NCBI GenBank assembly: GCA_044222225.1
Contig: JBGANR010000020.1
Span: 15,768 to 79,767, forward strand
Source of the DNA: Mycobacteriaceae bacterium
GTDB taxonomy: Bacteria; Actinomycetota; Actinomycetes; Mycobacteriales; Mycobacteriaceae
Reading direction: 5' to 3'
Length of the DNA stretch: 64,000 nucleotides
Translations under genes and position numbers: made by a program
The notes under the pieces: generated by a model
The model's database searches: none
Seen by the model: only the letters and a program-made list of their open reading frames with translations
Told to the model about the DNA's origin: nothing
Shown: positions 17,025 through 26,900 of the stretch, piece by piece
Layout of the letters: every line of letters starts with the position of its first letter
Position numbering within the stretch: the stretch's first letter is position 1

Positions 17025-20000
17025 TCAGGAGAAGGCGTCGTCGACGATCTTCGCCTGCTCGACGGCGTGGACCTTGCTCGAGCCCGAGGACGGGGCCGAC
17101 ATCGGGCGTCGGGAGACGCGCTTGATACCGGTGAGCAGGTCGGGCAGGTACTCCGGCAGCGCGAGGCCGAACTGCGGCCACGCACCCTGGTTCGCCGGCT
17201 CCTCCTGCACCCACCGGAAGTCCGTCGCGTTCGGGTACTGCTCGAGCATCGCCCGCAGCCGGCGATGGGGGATCGGGTAGAGCTGCTCCATGCGCAGGAT
17301 GGCGACGTCGTCGCGGCCGTCCTTCGTCTTGCGCGCGGCCAGCTCGTAGTAGAGCTTGCCGGAGACGAGCAGGACCCGGGTGACCTTCGAGCGGTCGCCG
17401 CCGGCGAGCATGGCCGGGTCGTCGAGCACCGAGTGGAACTTGCCGTGGACGATGTCCTCGACGGGGCTGACGGCGGCCTTGTTGCGCAGCATCGACTTCG
17501 GGGTGAAGACGATGAGCGGACGCTCGATGCCGTCGAGGGCGTGCCGGCGCAACAGGTGGAAGTAGCTCGCCGGCGTCGACGGCAGGGCGACGGTCATCGA
17601 GCCCTCGGCGCACAGCTGGAGGAAGCGCTCGATGCGGCCGGACGTGTGGTCCGGGCCCTGGCCCTCATGGCCGTGCGGCAGCAGCAGGACGACGCCGGAC
17701 GTCTGGCCCCACTTCGCCTCGCCCGAGCTGATGAACTCGTCGATGATCGACTGCGCACCGTTGACGAAGTCGCCGAACTGCGCCTCCCAGAGCACGAGCG
17801 CCTCGGGGTTGCCCACCGAGTAGCCGTACTCGAAGCCGAGCACGGCGTACTCCGAGAGCGCCGAATCGTGGACGAGATAGACGCCGCGGCCGTCGTCGTC
17901 CTGGGCGCGGAGGTTCTGCAGCGGGGTGTACTCGGCACCGGTGCGGCGGTCGATGAGCACCGACTGACGCTGCGTGAAGGTGCCGCGCCGGCTGTCCTGA
18001 CCGGACAGTCGCACCATGCGGCCCTCGTAGACGAGGGAGCCGAAGGCGAGCAGCTCACCGAAGGCCCAGTCGATGTCGCCCTTGCGAGACATCTCCTGCC
18101 GGCGCTTGATGACGGGCGCGACCCGCGAGTGGACGGCGAAGCCCTCGGGGACGTTGACGAAGGCGTCGCCGATGAGCTCGACGAGCTCGCGCGAGATGGC
18201 CGTGTGGAGCTTGACCGGCAGCTGCTGGTCGCCCTCCACCGACGGGCTCGGTGCGGCCTGGTACTTCTCCAGATCGCGGATCTCGTTGAACACCCGCTCC
18301 AGCTGGCCCTGGTAGTCGCGCAGCGCGTCCTCGGCCTCCTTGGTCGAGATGTCGCCGCGGCCGATGAGGGCTTCGGTGTACGACTTCCGGACGCCCCGCT
18401 TGGTGTCGATGATGTCGTACATCGCGGGCTGCGTCATCGACGGATCGTCGCCCTCGTTGTGGCCGCGCCGGCGGTAGCAGACGAGGTCGATGACGACGTC
18501 GTTGTGGAACCGCTCGCGGTAGTCGACGGCGAGCTGGGCGACCCACACGCACGCCTCGGGGTCGTCGCCGTTGACGTGCAGGATCGGGGCGCCGATCATC
18601 TTCGCGACGTCTGTGCAGTACTGCGACGTCCGCGACGACTCGGGCGCCGTCGTGAAGCCGATCTGGTTGTTGACGACGATGTGGACGGTGCCGCCCGTGC
18701 GGTAGCCGCGCAGACCCGCGAGGTTGAGGGTCTCGGCGACGACGCCCTGGCCGGCGAACGCCGCGTCGCCGTGGAGCATGAGCGGCAGCACGGTGAAATC
18801 GCGGTCCAGCAGGTCCTGCTTGGCGCGGACGAGCCCTTCCAGGACGGGGTCGACGGCCTCCAGATGCGACGGGTTGGCCGTCAGCGAGACCTTGATCTCG
18901 TTGTCGCCGAACATCTGGTAGTACTTGCCCTCGGCGCCGAGGTGGTACTTGACGTCACCGGAGCCGTGCGCCTCCGACGGGTTGAGGTTGCCCTCGAACT
19001 CGGTGAAGATCTGCGAGTACGGCTTGCCGACGATGTTGGCGAGCACGTTGAGCCGGCCGCGGTGCGGCATGCCGATGACGACCTCGTCGAGGTGGTACTC
19101 GGCGGCACGGTCGATGACGGAGTCCATCATCGGGATCACCGACTCGGCGCCCTCCAGCGAGAAGCGCTTCTGGCCGACGTACTTCGTCTGGAGGAAGGTC
19201 TCGAACGCCTCGGCCGCGTTGAGCTTGCTGAGGATGTACTTCTGCTCGCCGACCGACGGCTTGACGTGCTTGACCTCGACGCGCTCGCGGATCCACGCCA
19301 GCTGCTCGGGGTCGACGATGTGGGTGTAGTCGACGCCGACGTGCCGGCAGTACGAGTCGCGCAACACCGACAGGACGTCGCGGAGCTTCATCCGCTCCTC
19401 GCCGTGGAAGCCGCCGACCTTGAACTCGCGGTCGAGGTCCCACAGCGTGAGGTCGTAGGTGAGGACGTCGAGGTCGGGATGCGTGCCGCGGCGCGAGTTG
19501 AGACGCAGCGGGTCGATGTCCGACATGAGGTGGCCGCGAGCGCGGTAGGCGGCGATGAGCTCGAGGACGCGGGTCGACTTGTCGACCGTGCCGCCCGAGA
19601 TGTCGCGCCGCCACCGGATCGGCTCGTAGGGGATCGCGAACGACGCGAAGAGCTCGTCCCAGAAATCGTCGGAGAGCAGCAGCGTGTGGATCGTCCGCAG
19701 GAAGTCGCCGGACTCGGCGCCCTGGATGATGCGGTGGTCGTACGTCGAGGTCAGCGTCTGCAGCTTGCCGACGCCCATCTCGGCGATCGTGCGCTCGCTC
19801 GCGCCCTGGAACTCGGCCGGGTACTCCATGGCGCCCGCGCCGACGATGGCGCCCTGGCCCTTCATCAAGCGCGGCACCGAATGGACCGTGCCGATGGTGC
19901 CGGGGTTGGTCAGCGAGATCGTGACGCCGGCGAAGTCCTCGGCCGTCAGCTTGCCCTGGCGGGCGCGCCGCACGATGTCCTCGTAGGCGGCGTGGAACTC

Positions 20001-20903
20001 GCCGAACGACATCGTCTCGGTGCCCTTGATGGCGGCGACGACGAGGGAACGGCTGCCGTCCCGGCCGGGCAGGTCGATGGCGAGGCCGAGGTTCGTGTGC
20101 TCCGGCGTGACGACGTTCGGCTTGCCGTCGATGACGTCGAAGTGCCGGTTCATCGCCGGGAACGCCTTGACCGCCTGGACGATCGCGTAGCCGAGGATGT
20201 GCGTGAAGCTGATCTTGCCGCCGCGGGTGCGGGTCAGGTGGTTGTTGATGACGACGCGGTTGTCGATCATGAGCTTCGCCGGGACCGCGCGGACGCTCGT
20301 GGCCGTCGGGATGTCGAGCGAGGCCGTCATGTTGCGCACGACCGCCGCCGACGCGCCGCGCAGCACCCGGGCGCCGCCCTCTGTGGTCGCCGCGGGCTTG
20401 ACGGCGGGTGCCGGCGCGACGTTGGCGCGGCCGCCGGCGTTGTTGGACGTCGCGGGGGCCGCGACGGGCGTCGGGCGGGCCGCCGGAGCGGCCTGGGATG
20501 CGGCGGGGGCCGGCTTGGCGGGTGCCGCCGCCTTGGCCGGGGCCGCCTTCGCCGGAGCAGGGGGCTTGGCCGGAGCAGAGGGCTTGGCCGGCGCGGGGGC
20601 TGCCGCGGCGGCGGGCTCGGCGGGTGCCGACGCGGCGGCCGGCTTCGGGGATGCGGGCGGGGGCGTCGCCGCAGCCGCGGCTCGGTTCGCCGTCGACGGC
20701 GCGGTGTTCGTCGCGGCGCCGTCCGAGTTCGGCGAGTAGTTCGCGAGGAACTCTCGCCAGCTGGGGTCGACCGACGCCGGATCTGCCTTGAAGCGCTCGT
20801 ACATCTCCTCGACGAGCCACTCGTTCTGCCCGAACTCCGACTGTCCGTATTCTGAAGTAGAAGTGCTACTCACCGCAGGATCTCGCCTCACTTGTCTCGA
20901 CAT
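17025..20903 (-). CDS. kgd: multifunctional 2-oxoglutarate decarboxylase / dehydrogenase E1 (Kgd/SucA with N-terminal E2-like segment)
   Basis: Near full-length similarity to mycobacterial Kgd as recalled: [12 protein letters not shown], an Ala/Pro-rich linker, a succinyltransferase-like segment ([19 protein letters not shown]...[14 protein letters not shown]) and the ThDP-dependent E1. The ATG at 20903 (MSRQVRR) is preferred; the ORF-track start is 20918. Confidence 0.9.
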   Translation of the reverse strand: MSRQVRRDPAVSSTSTSEYGQSEFGQNEWLVEEMYERFKADPASVDPSWREFLANYSPNSDGAATNTAPSTANRAAAAATPPPASPKPAAASAPAEPAAAAAPAPAKPSAPAKPPAPAKAAPAKAAAPAKPAPAASQAAPAARPTPVAAPATSNNAGGRANVAPAPAVKPAATTEGGARVLRGASAAVVRNMTASLDIPTATSVRAVPAKLMIDNRVVINNHLTRTRGGKISFTHILGYAIVQAVKAFPAMNRHFDVIDGKPNVVTPEHTNLGLAIDLPGRDGSRSLVVAAIKGTETMSFGEFHAAYEDIVRRARQGKLTAEDFAGVTISLTNPGTIGTVHSVPRLMKGQGAIVGAGAMEYPAEFQGASERTIAEMGVGKLQTLTSTYDHRIIQGAESGDFLRTIHTLLLSDDFWDELFASFAIPYEPIRWRRDISGGTVDKSTRVLELIAAYRARGHLMSDIDPLRLNSRRGTHPDLDVLTYDLTLWDLDREFKVGGFHGEERMKLRDVLSVLRDSYCRHVGVDYTHIVDPEQLAWIRERVEVKHVKPSVGEQKYILSKLNAAEAFETFLQTKYVGQKRFSLEGAESVIPMMDSVIDRAAEYHLDEVVIGMPHRGRLNVLANIVGKPYSQIFTEFEGNLNPSEAHGSGDVKYHLGAEGKYYQMFGDNEIKVSLTANPSHLEAVDPVLEGLVRAKQDLLDRDFTVLPLMLHGDAAFAGQGVVAETLNLAGLRGYRTGGTVHIVVNNQIGFTTAPESSRTSQYCTDVAKMIGAPILHVNGDDPEACVWVAQLAVDYRERFHNDVVIDLVCYRRRGHNEGDDPSMTQPAMYDIIDTKRGVRKSYTEALIGRGDISTKEAEDALRDYQGQLERVFNEIRDLEKYQAAPSPSVEGDQQLPVKLHTAISRELVELIGDAFVNVPEGFAVHSRVAPVIKRRQEMSRKGDIDWAFGELLAFGSLVYEGRMVRLSGQDSRRGTFTQRQSVLIDRRTGAEYTPLQNLRAQDDDGRGVYLVHDSALSEYAVLGFEYGYSVGNPEALVLWEAQFGDFVNGAQSIIDEFISSGEAKWGQTSGVVLLLPHGHEGQGPDHTSGRIERFLQLCAEGSMTVALPSTPASYFHLLRRHALDGIERPLIVFTPKSMLRNKAAVSPVEDIVHGKFHSVLDDPAMLAGGDRSKVTRVLLVSGKLYYELAARKTKDGRDDVAILRMEQLYPIPHRRLRAMLEQYPNATDFRWVQEEPANQGAWPQFGLALPEYLPDLLTGIKRVSRRPMSAPSSGSSKVHAVEQAKIVDDAFS

Positions 20904-21101
20904 CGACCACGGGCCCACGTCTGGATGTCTATTCGTGTCCGTTTCGGAGCATGGACGCCACCGGAGTCACGTTCCGGACTCCGTCCGGATCGTGTCATCC
21001 CGACCCTGACCGACGGGATCGGGCCGGTCGGCGCCACATGTGATGCTACGCATCTGCCGGACCGGTTTCCGGCGAACCGCACGACCTCTGACGTGCCGTG
21101 T

Positions 21102-24100
21102 TCACCGGCGGCCTCCGGCCGAGGCGCCGCGGGTCGTGCGATCGCCCGGCCGTCGCCCGGTGTCCGCGATGCGAATCGGTCGGAGCTCGGCCACCACGGC
21201 ATCCGGCTCGACGGACGTGCGCGATTCGCCCGCGTCCCACAGCCGTTGGTAGAGGCCGCCCGCGCGCGCGAGATCGGCGTGCGAGCCGTACTCGACGATG
21301 CCGCCGCCCGCGACGACCGCGATCCGGTCGGCGCGGGCCGCCGTCGCCAACCGGTGCGCGACGATGACGGCCGTGCGGGTCCGCGCGAGCCGGGCGCCGG
21401 CGGCCAGGACGCGACTCTCGGTCGCCTCGTCGAGTGTCGCCGTCGCCTCGTCGAGCAGCAGGACGTCGGGGTCGGCCAATTCGGCGCGGGCGAGCGCGAT
21501 GAGCTGACTCTGTCCGGCCGAGAGCCCGCGGCCGCGTTCGCCGATGGGGTGCAGCATGCCGCCGGGCAGACGCGCGATGACATCGGTGGCGCCGACGGCC
21601 GCCGCGGCGGCGGTGATCTCGGTGCGGGTGGCGTCGGGGCGTCCGAACGCGATGTTGTCGGCGACGGTGCCGGTGAACAGGTGGGGCTCCTGGGGCACGA
21701 TGCCGATGCGGGCGCGCAGGTCCGGCGTCCGATACCCGCGGGCGTCTACGCCGTCGAGTAGGACGGCGCCGGAGGTCGGATCGTAGAACCTGGCGATGAG
21801 TTTGACGATCGTCGACTTGCCCGCGCCGGTGGGCCCGACGAGGGCGAGCGATCCGCCGGCCGGAATACGCAGGTCGACGCCGTGCAGCGCCTCCTGACGT
21901 GCGCCCGTGTATCGGAAGCCGACGCCGGCGAGCCGCACCTCACCCGTCTGTGGCGCGGGTTCGAGGCCCGGAGTCCGGTGGCCGTCGGCGGCGACACGAG
22001 GCCGGGGACGTGCCGGGGCGTCGGGGTCGTCGCGAAGTGAGGACTCCGTCCGCAGCAGCTCGCCGATGCGACGCAGACCGACGGCCGCCTGCTGATAGCC
22101 GTCGAAGACCTGGGTGAGCTGCTGGACGGGGCCGAAGAGCATGCCGAGGTAGAGCACGAAGGCGACGAGCGCGCCCGCCGACAGCGACCCCGCGGCGAGG
22201 TGTGCCGCACCGATGCCGACCACGGCGGCCGTCGCGAGGTCGGCGGCGAACGTGATGAACGGGAAGTAGAGCGAGATCGCGCGCTGCGCACGCATCCGCT
22301 CGGCGACGTACTCGGCCGAACGCGCGGCGAGCACGGCGTTGCGCGCCGGCTCGGCCCGGTAGGCCTGGACCGTGCGCAGTCCGGTGAGCGCCTCCGTGAA
22401 GTCCGCGTTGACCGCGCTGACGACCTCTCGGGATCGGGTGTACGCGCGTCCGGACACCCGGGCGAACCAGATGGTCGCGACCACGAGTACCGGGAGCACG
22501 GCGAGCAGGATGAGGGAGAGCGAGGGGTCGGTCGCGACGAGCGCGACCGCGACGCCGCCGACCGTGAGCGTCGCGACGACGGCCCCGGCGAGTCCCGTCT
22601 GCAGGAAGGTCGAGAGGGCGTCGACGTCCGTCGTCATCCGCGTCAGGATCCGGCCGGTGAGTTCGCGCTCGAAGAAGTCGAGGCCGAGTCGTTGCAGATG
22701 GGCGTAGCTGCGAACGCGGAGGCCGTAGAGCACGCCCTCGCCCGCGCGGGCGGCGGTGATCGTCTGGACGCTGCTCGCGACGAGCCCGATCGCGACCAGC
22801 ACCACGCCGACGAGCGCAGCCGCGAGGACGGGGCCCGAGCGGTCGTCCGCCGCGGCGTCGGCGGTGACGCGCAGCAGTGACGGATAGCCGAGTGAGACGA
22901 CGGCGTCGATTCCGATGAGCGCGATCGTGAGCAGGAGCAGAGCCCGGACGGGCCGGAGCACCTGACGCAGCGAGAATCCGCCGGTTCCGCGGCGGGCCTC
23001 GGCGTCGTCGATCGTCGGCGTCGCGACGGCCGGCGGCAGTGCGTCGACGTGTCGCCGCAGCTCCGGCAGCAGATCGTCGTCGACGGGCCGGAGCGGCGGG
23101 TCCGCGGGCCAGAGGGCGGCGTCGGTCATGGTGCTCGCGGTGTCGTCACGGTCCGTGGTGAGAGCGCGGAACTCCGGCGAGGAGACGGCCAGCTCGGCAG
23201 GTGTCCCCACGGCCGCGATGCGGCCTTCGGCCAGTACCGCGACACGATCGGCGTGCGCGAGCGTCGACGCCCGATGCGCGAGGACGAGCAGGGTGCGGCC
23301 GTCGGCGGTGAGCGAGCGGTGGACGGCGGCCTCGGTCTCCGCGTCGACGGCGGACGTCGCGTCGTCGAGGACGAGGACGCGCGCATCGGACAGGAGGGCG
23401 CGGGCGAGGGCGATGCGTTGACGCTGGCCGCCCGAGAGCGTCAGGCCGCGCTCGCCGACCCGTGTCTCGTAGCCGTCGTCGAGATCGCGGATGAAGCCGT
23501 CGGCGGCGGCGCGACGAGCGGCGTCGACGATGTCGTCCCGGCTCGCGCCCGGACGTCCGAGCGCGATGTTGGCCGCGACCGTGTCGGAGAAGAGGAAGGG
23601 CTCGTCGAACACCGCGCCGACCGCGCCGCGCAGCTCGTCGCGCCCGAGTCCGGTGGTGTCCGTCTCGCGGCCGTCGGCGGTGGTCAGGGCGATGGCGCCC
23701 GCGTCGGGAGCGTAGAGACCGACGGCGAGACTCGCCAGGAGTGATTTGCCGCTGCCGGGTGGGCCGACGACGGCGACCGTCTCGCCGGGCGCGACGTCGA
23801 GGGTGACGCCGCGCAGCACATCGGCGTCGGGGAACGAGAGCGCGACGTCGCGCAGCCGCAGGCCGATCGGTCCCTCGGGGACGCGCCCCGCGGTGTGCGG
23901 ACGAGGGTCCGCGGGCAGGTCGACGATCTCGTAGACCCGTTCGGCGGAGGCTCGGGCGAGCTGGGCGGTGACGATCGTCATGGTGAGATGACGGGCGAGG
24001 GACGTCATGGCGAGGACGTACGTCGCGAACGCGAGCAGGGTGCCGGCCGTGATCCGGCCGTCGAGCGCGAGGACGCCGCCGACGCCGATGACCCCCACCA

Positions 24101-24863
24101 GCCCGAGCTGCGGGATGGCGCTCATCGTCGCCGTGAACGGACCGTTGATCGCCGCGACCCGCAGCCGGCGGGCGTAGAGCCGTCGGCCGTGGTCGGCGAG
24201 CTCGTCGACCATCCGGCCCTCCTGGCCGAATCCCTTGACGACGCGGACGCCGGAGATCGTCTCCTCGACGTGCTGGGTGAGGTCCGAGCCGGCCTGCTGG
24301 GCTGTCCACGTCGCGGCGAGCATCCGGTTGCGCGTGCGCACCACCGTGACGGCGACCGCCGGCACGATGAGCAGGGCGACGAGCGTCAGCGGCGGCGACA
24401 GCCACGCCATGACGACGAGCGAGAGCACGACCTGCACCGCTGCGCCGAGCGCGAGCGGTGCCATCGCCAGAATCCCCTGGATGAGTTGGAGATCGGTGAT
24501 CGAGCGGGAGACGAGTTGTCCCGTGCTGAGACCGTCGGCCGTCCGCCCGCCGACGGCGAGCACCGAGCCGAGCAGATCCGTCCGCAGATCGTGCTGGACC
24601 GTGAGGGCGAGGCGGCCCGCCGTGACCCGGCGGACGAACTGGCCGAGGTAACGCAGCACCGCGAGCACCACCAGGGCGGCGACGACGGCGCCCAGCGCGA
24701 CCCCGGGGTCGACGCCGGTCGCGCCGTCGACGGCCGCTCGGACGACGAGCGGCATCGCGAGGTCGACCGCGACCGCCGCCGTCGTCCCCGTCAGCGCCGC
24801 CGCGAGCAGGCCGCCGTGCCGGGTGCACTGCCGCCACGTCCGGCGGATCCAGCAGCCGCTCAC
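21102..24863 (-). CDS. fused full-length ABC exporter (TMD-NBD-TMD-NBD in a single 1253-aa polypeptide)
   Basis: Two type-I exporter TM domains. Two NBDs with Walker A (GPPGSGKS; GPTGAGKS), ABC signature (LSGGQRQR; LSAGQSQL) and Walker B (LVLDDATSAVD; LLLDEATATLD). One continuous ORF with no internal stop. Start ATG overlaps the stop of the upstream gene (ATGA). Confidence 0.75.
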   Translation of the reverse strand: MSGCWIRRTWRQCTRHGGLLAAALTGTTAAVAVDLAMPLVVRAAVDGATGVDPGVALGAVVAALVVLAVLRYLGQFVRRVTAGRLALTVQHDLRTDLLGSVLAVGGRTADGLSTGQLVSRSITDLQLIQGILAMAPLALGAAVQVVLSLVVMAWLSPPLTLVALLIVPAVAVTVVRTRNRMLAATWTAQQAGSDLTQHVEETISGVRVVKGFGQEGRMVDELADHGRRLYARRLRVAAINGPFTATMSAIPQLGLVGVIGVGGVLALDGRITAGTLLAFATYVLAMTSLARHLTMTIVTAQLARASAERVYEIVDLPADPRPHTAGRVPEGPIGLRLRDVALSFPDADVLRGVTLDVAPGETVAVVGPPGSGKSLLASLAVGLYAPDAGAIALTTADGRETDTTGLGRDELRGAVGAVFDEPFLFSDTVAANIALGRPGASRDDIVDAARRAAADGFIRDLDDGYETRVGERGLTLSGGQRQRIALARALLSDARVLVLDDATSAVDAETEAAVHRSLTADGRTLLVLAHRASTLAHADRVAVLAEGRIAAVGTPAELAVSSPEFRALTTDRDDTASTMTDAALWPADPPLRPVDDDLLPELRRHVDALPPAVATPTIDDAEARRGTGGFSLRQVLRPVRALLLLTIALIGIDAVVSLGYPSLLRVTADAAADDRSGPVLAAALVGVVLVAIGLVASSVQTITAARAGEGVLYGLRVRSYAHLQRLGLDFFERELTGRILTRMTTDVDALSTFLQTGLAGAVVATLTVGGVAVALVATDPSLSLILLAVLPVLVVATIWFARVSGRAYTRSREVVSAVNADFTEALTGLRTVQAYRAEPARNAVLAARSAEYVAERMRAQRAISLYFPFITFAADLATAAVVGIGAAHLAAGSLSAGALVAFVLYLGMLFGPVQQLTQVFDGYQQAAVGLRRIGELLRTESSLRDDPDAPARPRPRVAADGHRTPGLEPAPQTGEVRLAGVGFRYTGARQEALHGVDLRIPAGGSLALVGPTGAGKSTIVKLIARFYDPTSGAVLLDGVDARGYRTPDLRARIGIVPQEPHLFTGTVADNIAFGRPDATRTEITAAAAAVGATDVIARLPGGMLHPIGERGRGLSAGQSQLIALARAELADPDVLLLDEATATLDEATESRVLAAGARLARTRTAVIVAHRLATAARADRIAVVAGGGIVEYGSHADLARAGGLYQRLWDAGESRTSVEPDAVVAELRPIRIADTGRRPGDRTTRGASAGGRR

Positions 24864-25642
24864 GTCCAGGCCGAGCCGGGGTCGATCGTCCCGTCGACCA
24901 CGGTGAGGTGGGCCCAGCTCCGCGGCGGCGGACCGTACGCGGAGCGGGCGTTGTCGACGATGACGCGGCCGAGTGCACGGTTGCCGATGCCGCCGACGAC
25001 GGCGCCGATCCCGGCCGGGAGCAGCTTGCCGAAGACGAGCGGCGCCCGGTTGCGCAGCAGCCGCTTGACGAACTGCTGCATCAGGCGCTTGTTGAGCCCG
25101 TTCAGCGAGGGAAGAGACACCGGCCCCTTGGCGATGCCCCGCAGCGAGGCGGCCTTGGCGCCGATCGCCGCGCCGGCCGTCTCCAGCCCGGCCTCGCCGA
25201 GGCAGACGGTGAGGATCAGCGCACTGCGCCGCGCGTCCTCACGCGGCGTGATGCCGTAGACCTCGGCGAGCGCGAGGGCGAAGAACGCCGCCGCGTCGAA
25301 GAAGACGGCCGTCTCGCCCGCGAGTGCGGCCATCGCGGCGATGGTTCCGACGCCCGGCAACGCCGCGGCGGCACCGGTGCCCGCGCCCGTCGCGGTCACG
25401 GTGTGCAGGAAGTGCTTCTCGATGCGGGCGACGAGCTGTGCGGGGGACTCGCCGGGATGGTCGGCGCGCAGCTTGGCGACGTACCGCTGCGCGAGCCCGG
25501 CCTGGCTGCGTTGCGCGGCGTCGAACGCCTTGCCGACGGTGCGTGCCGTCAGACCGTTGCGATCCCGGCCTGCGGCCGGAACGACGGGTCCGCCGACTCC
25601 TTGAGCTCCGCCGGTGGGTCCGAACGGGGGTGTTGCGTTCAT
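24860..25642 (-). CDS. hypothetical protein (Gly/Ala-rich, possibly membrane-associated)
   Basis: Start placed at the ATG at 25642 (MNATPPF), preceded by a strong AGGAGGAGAGGG RBS. The 199 upstream codons in the track are an Arg-rich read-through. Stop overlaps the ABC exporter start; start overlaps the GST-like gene stop. Confidence 0.5.
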   Translation of the reverse strand: MNATPPFGPTGGAQGVGGPVVPAAGRDRNGLTARTVGKAFDAAQRSQAGLAQRYVAKLRADHPGESPAQLVARIEKHFLHTVTATGAGTGAAAALPGVGTIAAMAALAGETAVFFDAAAFFALALAEVYGITPREDARRSALILTVCLGEAGLETAGAAIGAKAASLRGIAKGPVSLPSLNGLNKRLMQQFVKRLLRNRAPLVFGKLLPAGIGAVVGGIGNRALGRVIVDNARSAYGPPPRSWAHLTVVDGTIDPGSAWT

Positions 25643-26679
25643 GCTGCTCCCTCTCCTCCTGGTCGGCTGGGCACCGACTCTCCCAACGGTGGCGGTCCCG
25701 GCGGTGTTCCCGTTCCGAACGCCGAGCCGCCGAGGCGTTCCCGACCGTGCGGTTCGAGCCAGCCCGAGAGGTCGGGGCCCGCGGGCACGATCCCGGTCGG
25801 GTTCAGGTCCCGGTGGACGACGTAGTAATGCCGCTTGATCTGGGCGAAATCGACGGTGTCGCCGAACCCCGGCGTCTGGAACAGGTCCCGCGCATAGGCC
25901 CAGAGCACATCGAGCTCGGTGAGCTTCTGCCGGTTGCACTTGAAGTGCCCGTGATAGACGGGATCGAAACGTACCAGCGTCGTGAACAGCCTGACGTCGG
26001 CCTCGGTGACGTGGTCGCCGACGAGGTAGCGGCGAGTGGCGAGCCGCTCGGTGAGAATGTCGAGCGCGTCGAAGAGCCGGTGGTAGGCGGCGTCGTACGC
26101 GTCCTGCGTCGCCGCGAAGCCGCAGCGGTAGACGCCGTTGTTGACCTCGGTGTAGACGTGCCGGTCGATGGCGTCGATCTCGGCGCGCCACTCCTGCAGG
26201 TAGAGCTCCGGAGCACCCTCGCGACGGAAGGACCGCCATTCGGTGGAGAAGTCCAGCGTCATCTGCGCGAAGTCGTTGGTGACGACGGCACCGGTCCGCT
26301 CGTCGACGATCGCCGGCACGGTGATGCCGCGCGGATAGTCCGGATCACGCGCGAGATAGGCGTCCTTGAGCCGCGGGATGCGGAGCACCGGGTCGACACC
26401 GCCCGGGTCGAGGTCGAAGGTCCAGCTGTCGGCGTCGTGCGTCGGCCCGCACAGGCCGAGCGAGATCGCCTGCTCCAGACCGAGCAGACGCCGGACGATG
26501 AGCGCCCGGTTCGCCCACGGGCAGGCGCGTGCGGCGACGAGGCGATACCGGCCGGCCTCGACGGGGAATCCGTCGCGGCCGTCGGCGGTGATGCGCGTGG
26601 TGATGTACCTGGTGTCACGGACGAAGTCACGGCCGGTCTTCGACACGTAGACACCCTGCTCGGTCTGTTCCTCCTGCAT
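25639..26679 (-). CDS. Xi-class glutathione-transferase-like / glutathionyl-hydroquinone-reductase-like protein (CPWA motif)
   Basis: 346 aa. N-terminal CPWANRALIVRRL (the Cys-Pro-Trp-Ala motif of Xi-class GSTs of the YqjG/ECM4 type), followed by a GST C-terminal helical domain. Confidence 0.7.
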   Translation of the reverse strand: MQEEQTEQGVYVSKTGRDFVRDTRYITTRITADGRDGFPVEAGRYRLVAARACPWANRALIVRRLLGLEQAISLGLCGPTHDADSWTFDLDPGGVDPVLRIPRLKDAYLARDPDYPRGITVPAIVDERTGAVVTNDFAQMTLDFSTEWRSFRREGAPELYLQEWRAEIDAIDRHVYTEVNNGVYRCGFAATQDAYDAAYHRLFDALDILTERLATRRYLVGDHVTEADVRLFTTLVRFDPVYHGHFKCNRQKLTELDVLWAYARDLFQTPGFGDTVDFAQIKRHYYVVHRDLNPTGIVPAGPDLSGWLEPHGRERLGGSAFGTGTPPGPPPLGESVPSRPGGEGAA

Positions 26680-26900
26680 GGTCAGTGACCGTACGCCGGG
26701 GGTCCGACAGAATGCGGTGGCGACGATGTGCGTCCGCGACCGTGTGACGCGGTCGCGGACGACGGTGGGCGGTGCGCCCGACGATTCTGTCGGTGGCCTT
26801 TCGTAGGGTGGTCATGAGCTTTCCGGCGGGCCGCGCGACGGCCGGATCCGGATACGGGGGCCCGCTTCATCGAGGCGGCGGAGAGGGTGAGGGGTGGATC

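Noticed and set aside
20400-20700. Repetitive GC tract inside kgd, considered as a possible repeat or CRISPR-like array
   Set aside because: Not spaced repeats; it is a degenerate codon-level repetition encoding an Ala/Pro/Lys linker within an intact ORF.
16803-20855. 1350-aa ORF on the plus strand
   Set aside because: Lies antisense to kgd. Its translation is Arg/Gly/Asp/Ala low-complexity with no domain structure, a typical GC-rich shadow ORF. The minus-strand Kgd reading is conserved over its full length.
23146-24978. 610-aa ORF in an alternative frame of the ABC exporter
   Set aside because: Arg/Pro/Gly-rich with no TM or ABC motifs. The +0 frame encodes a complete TMD-NBD-TMD-NBD protein.
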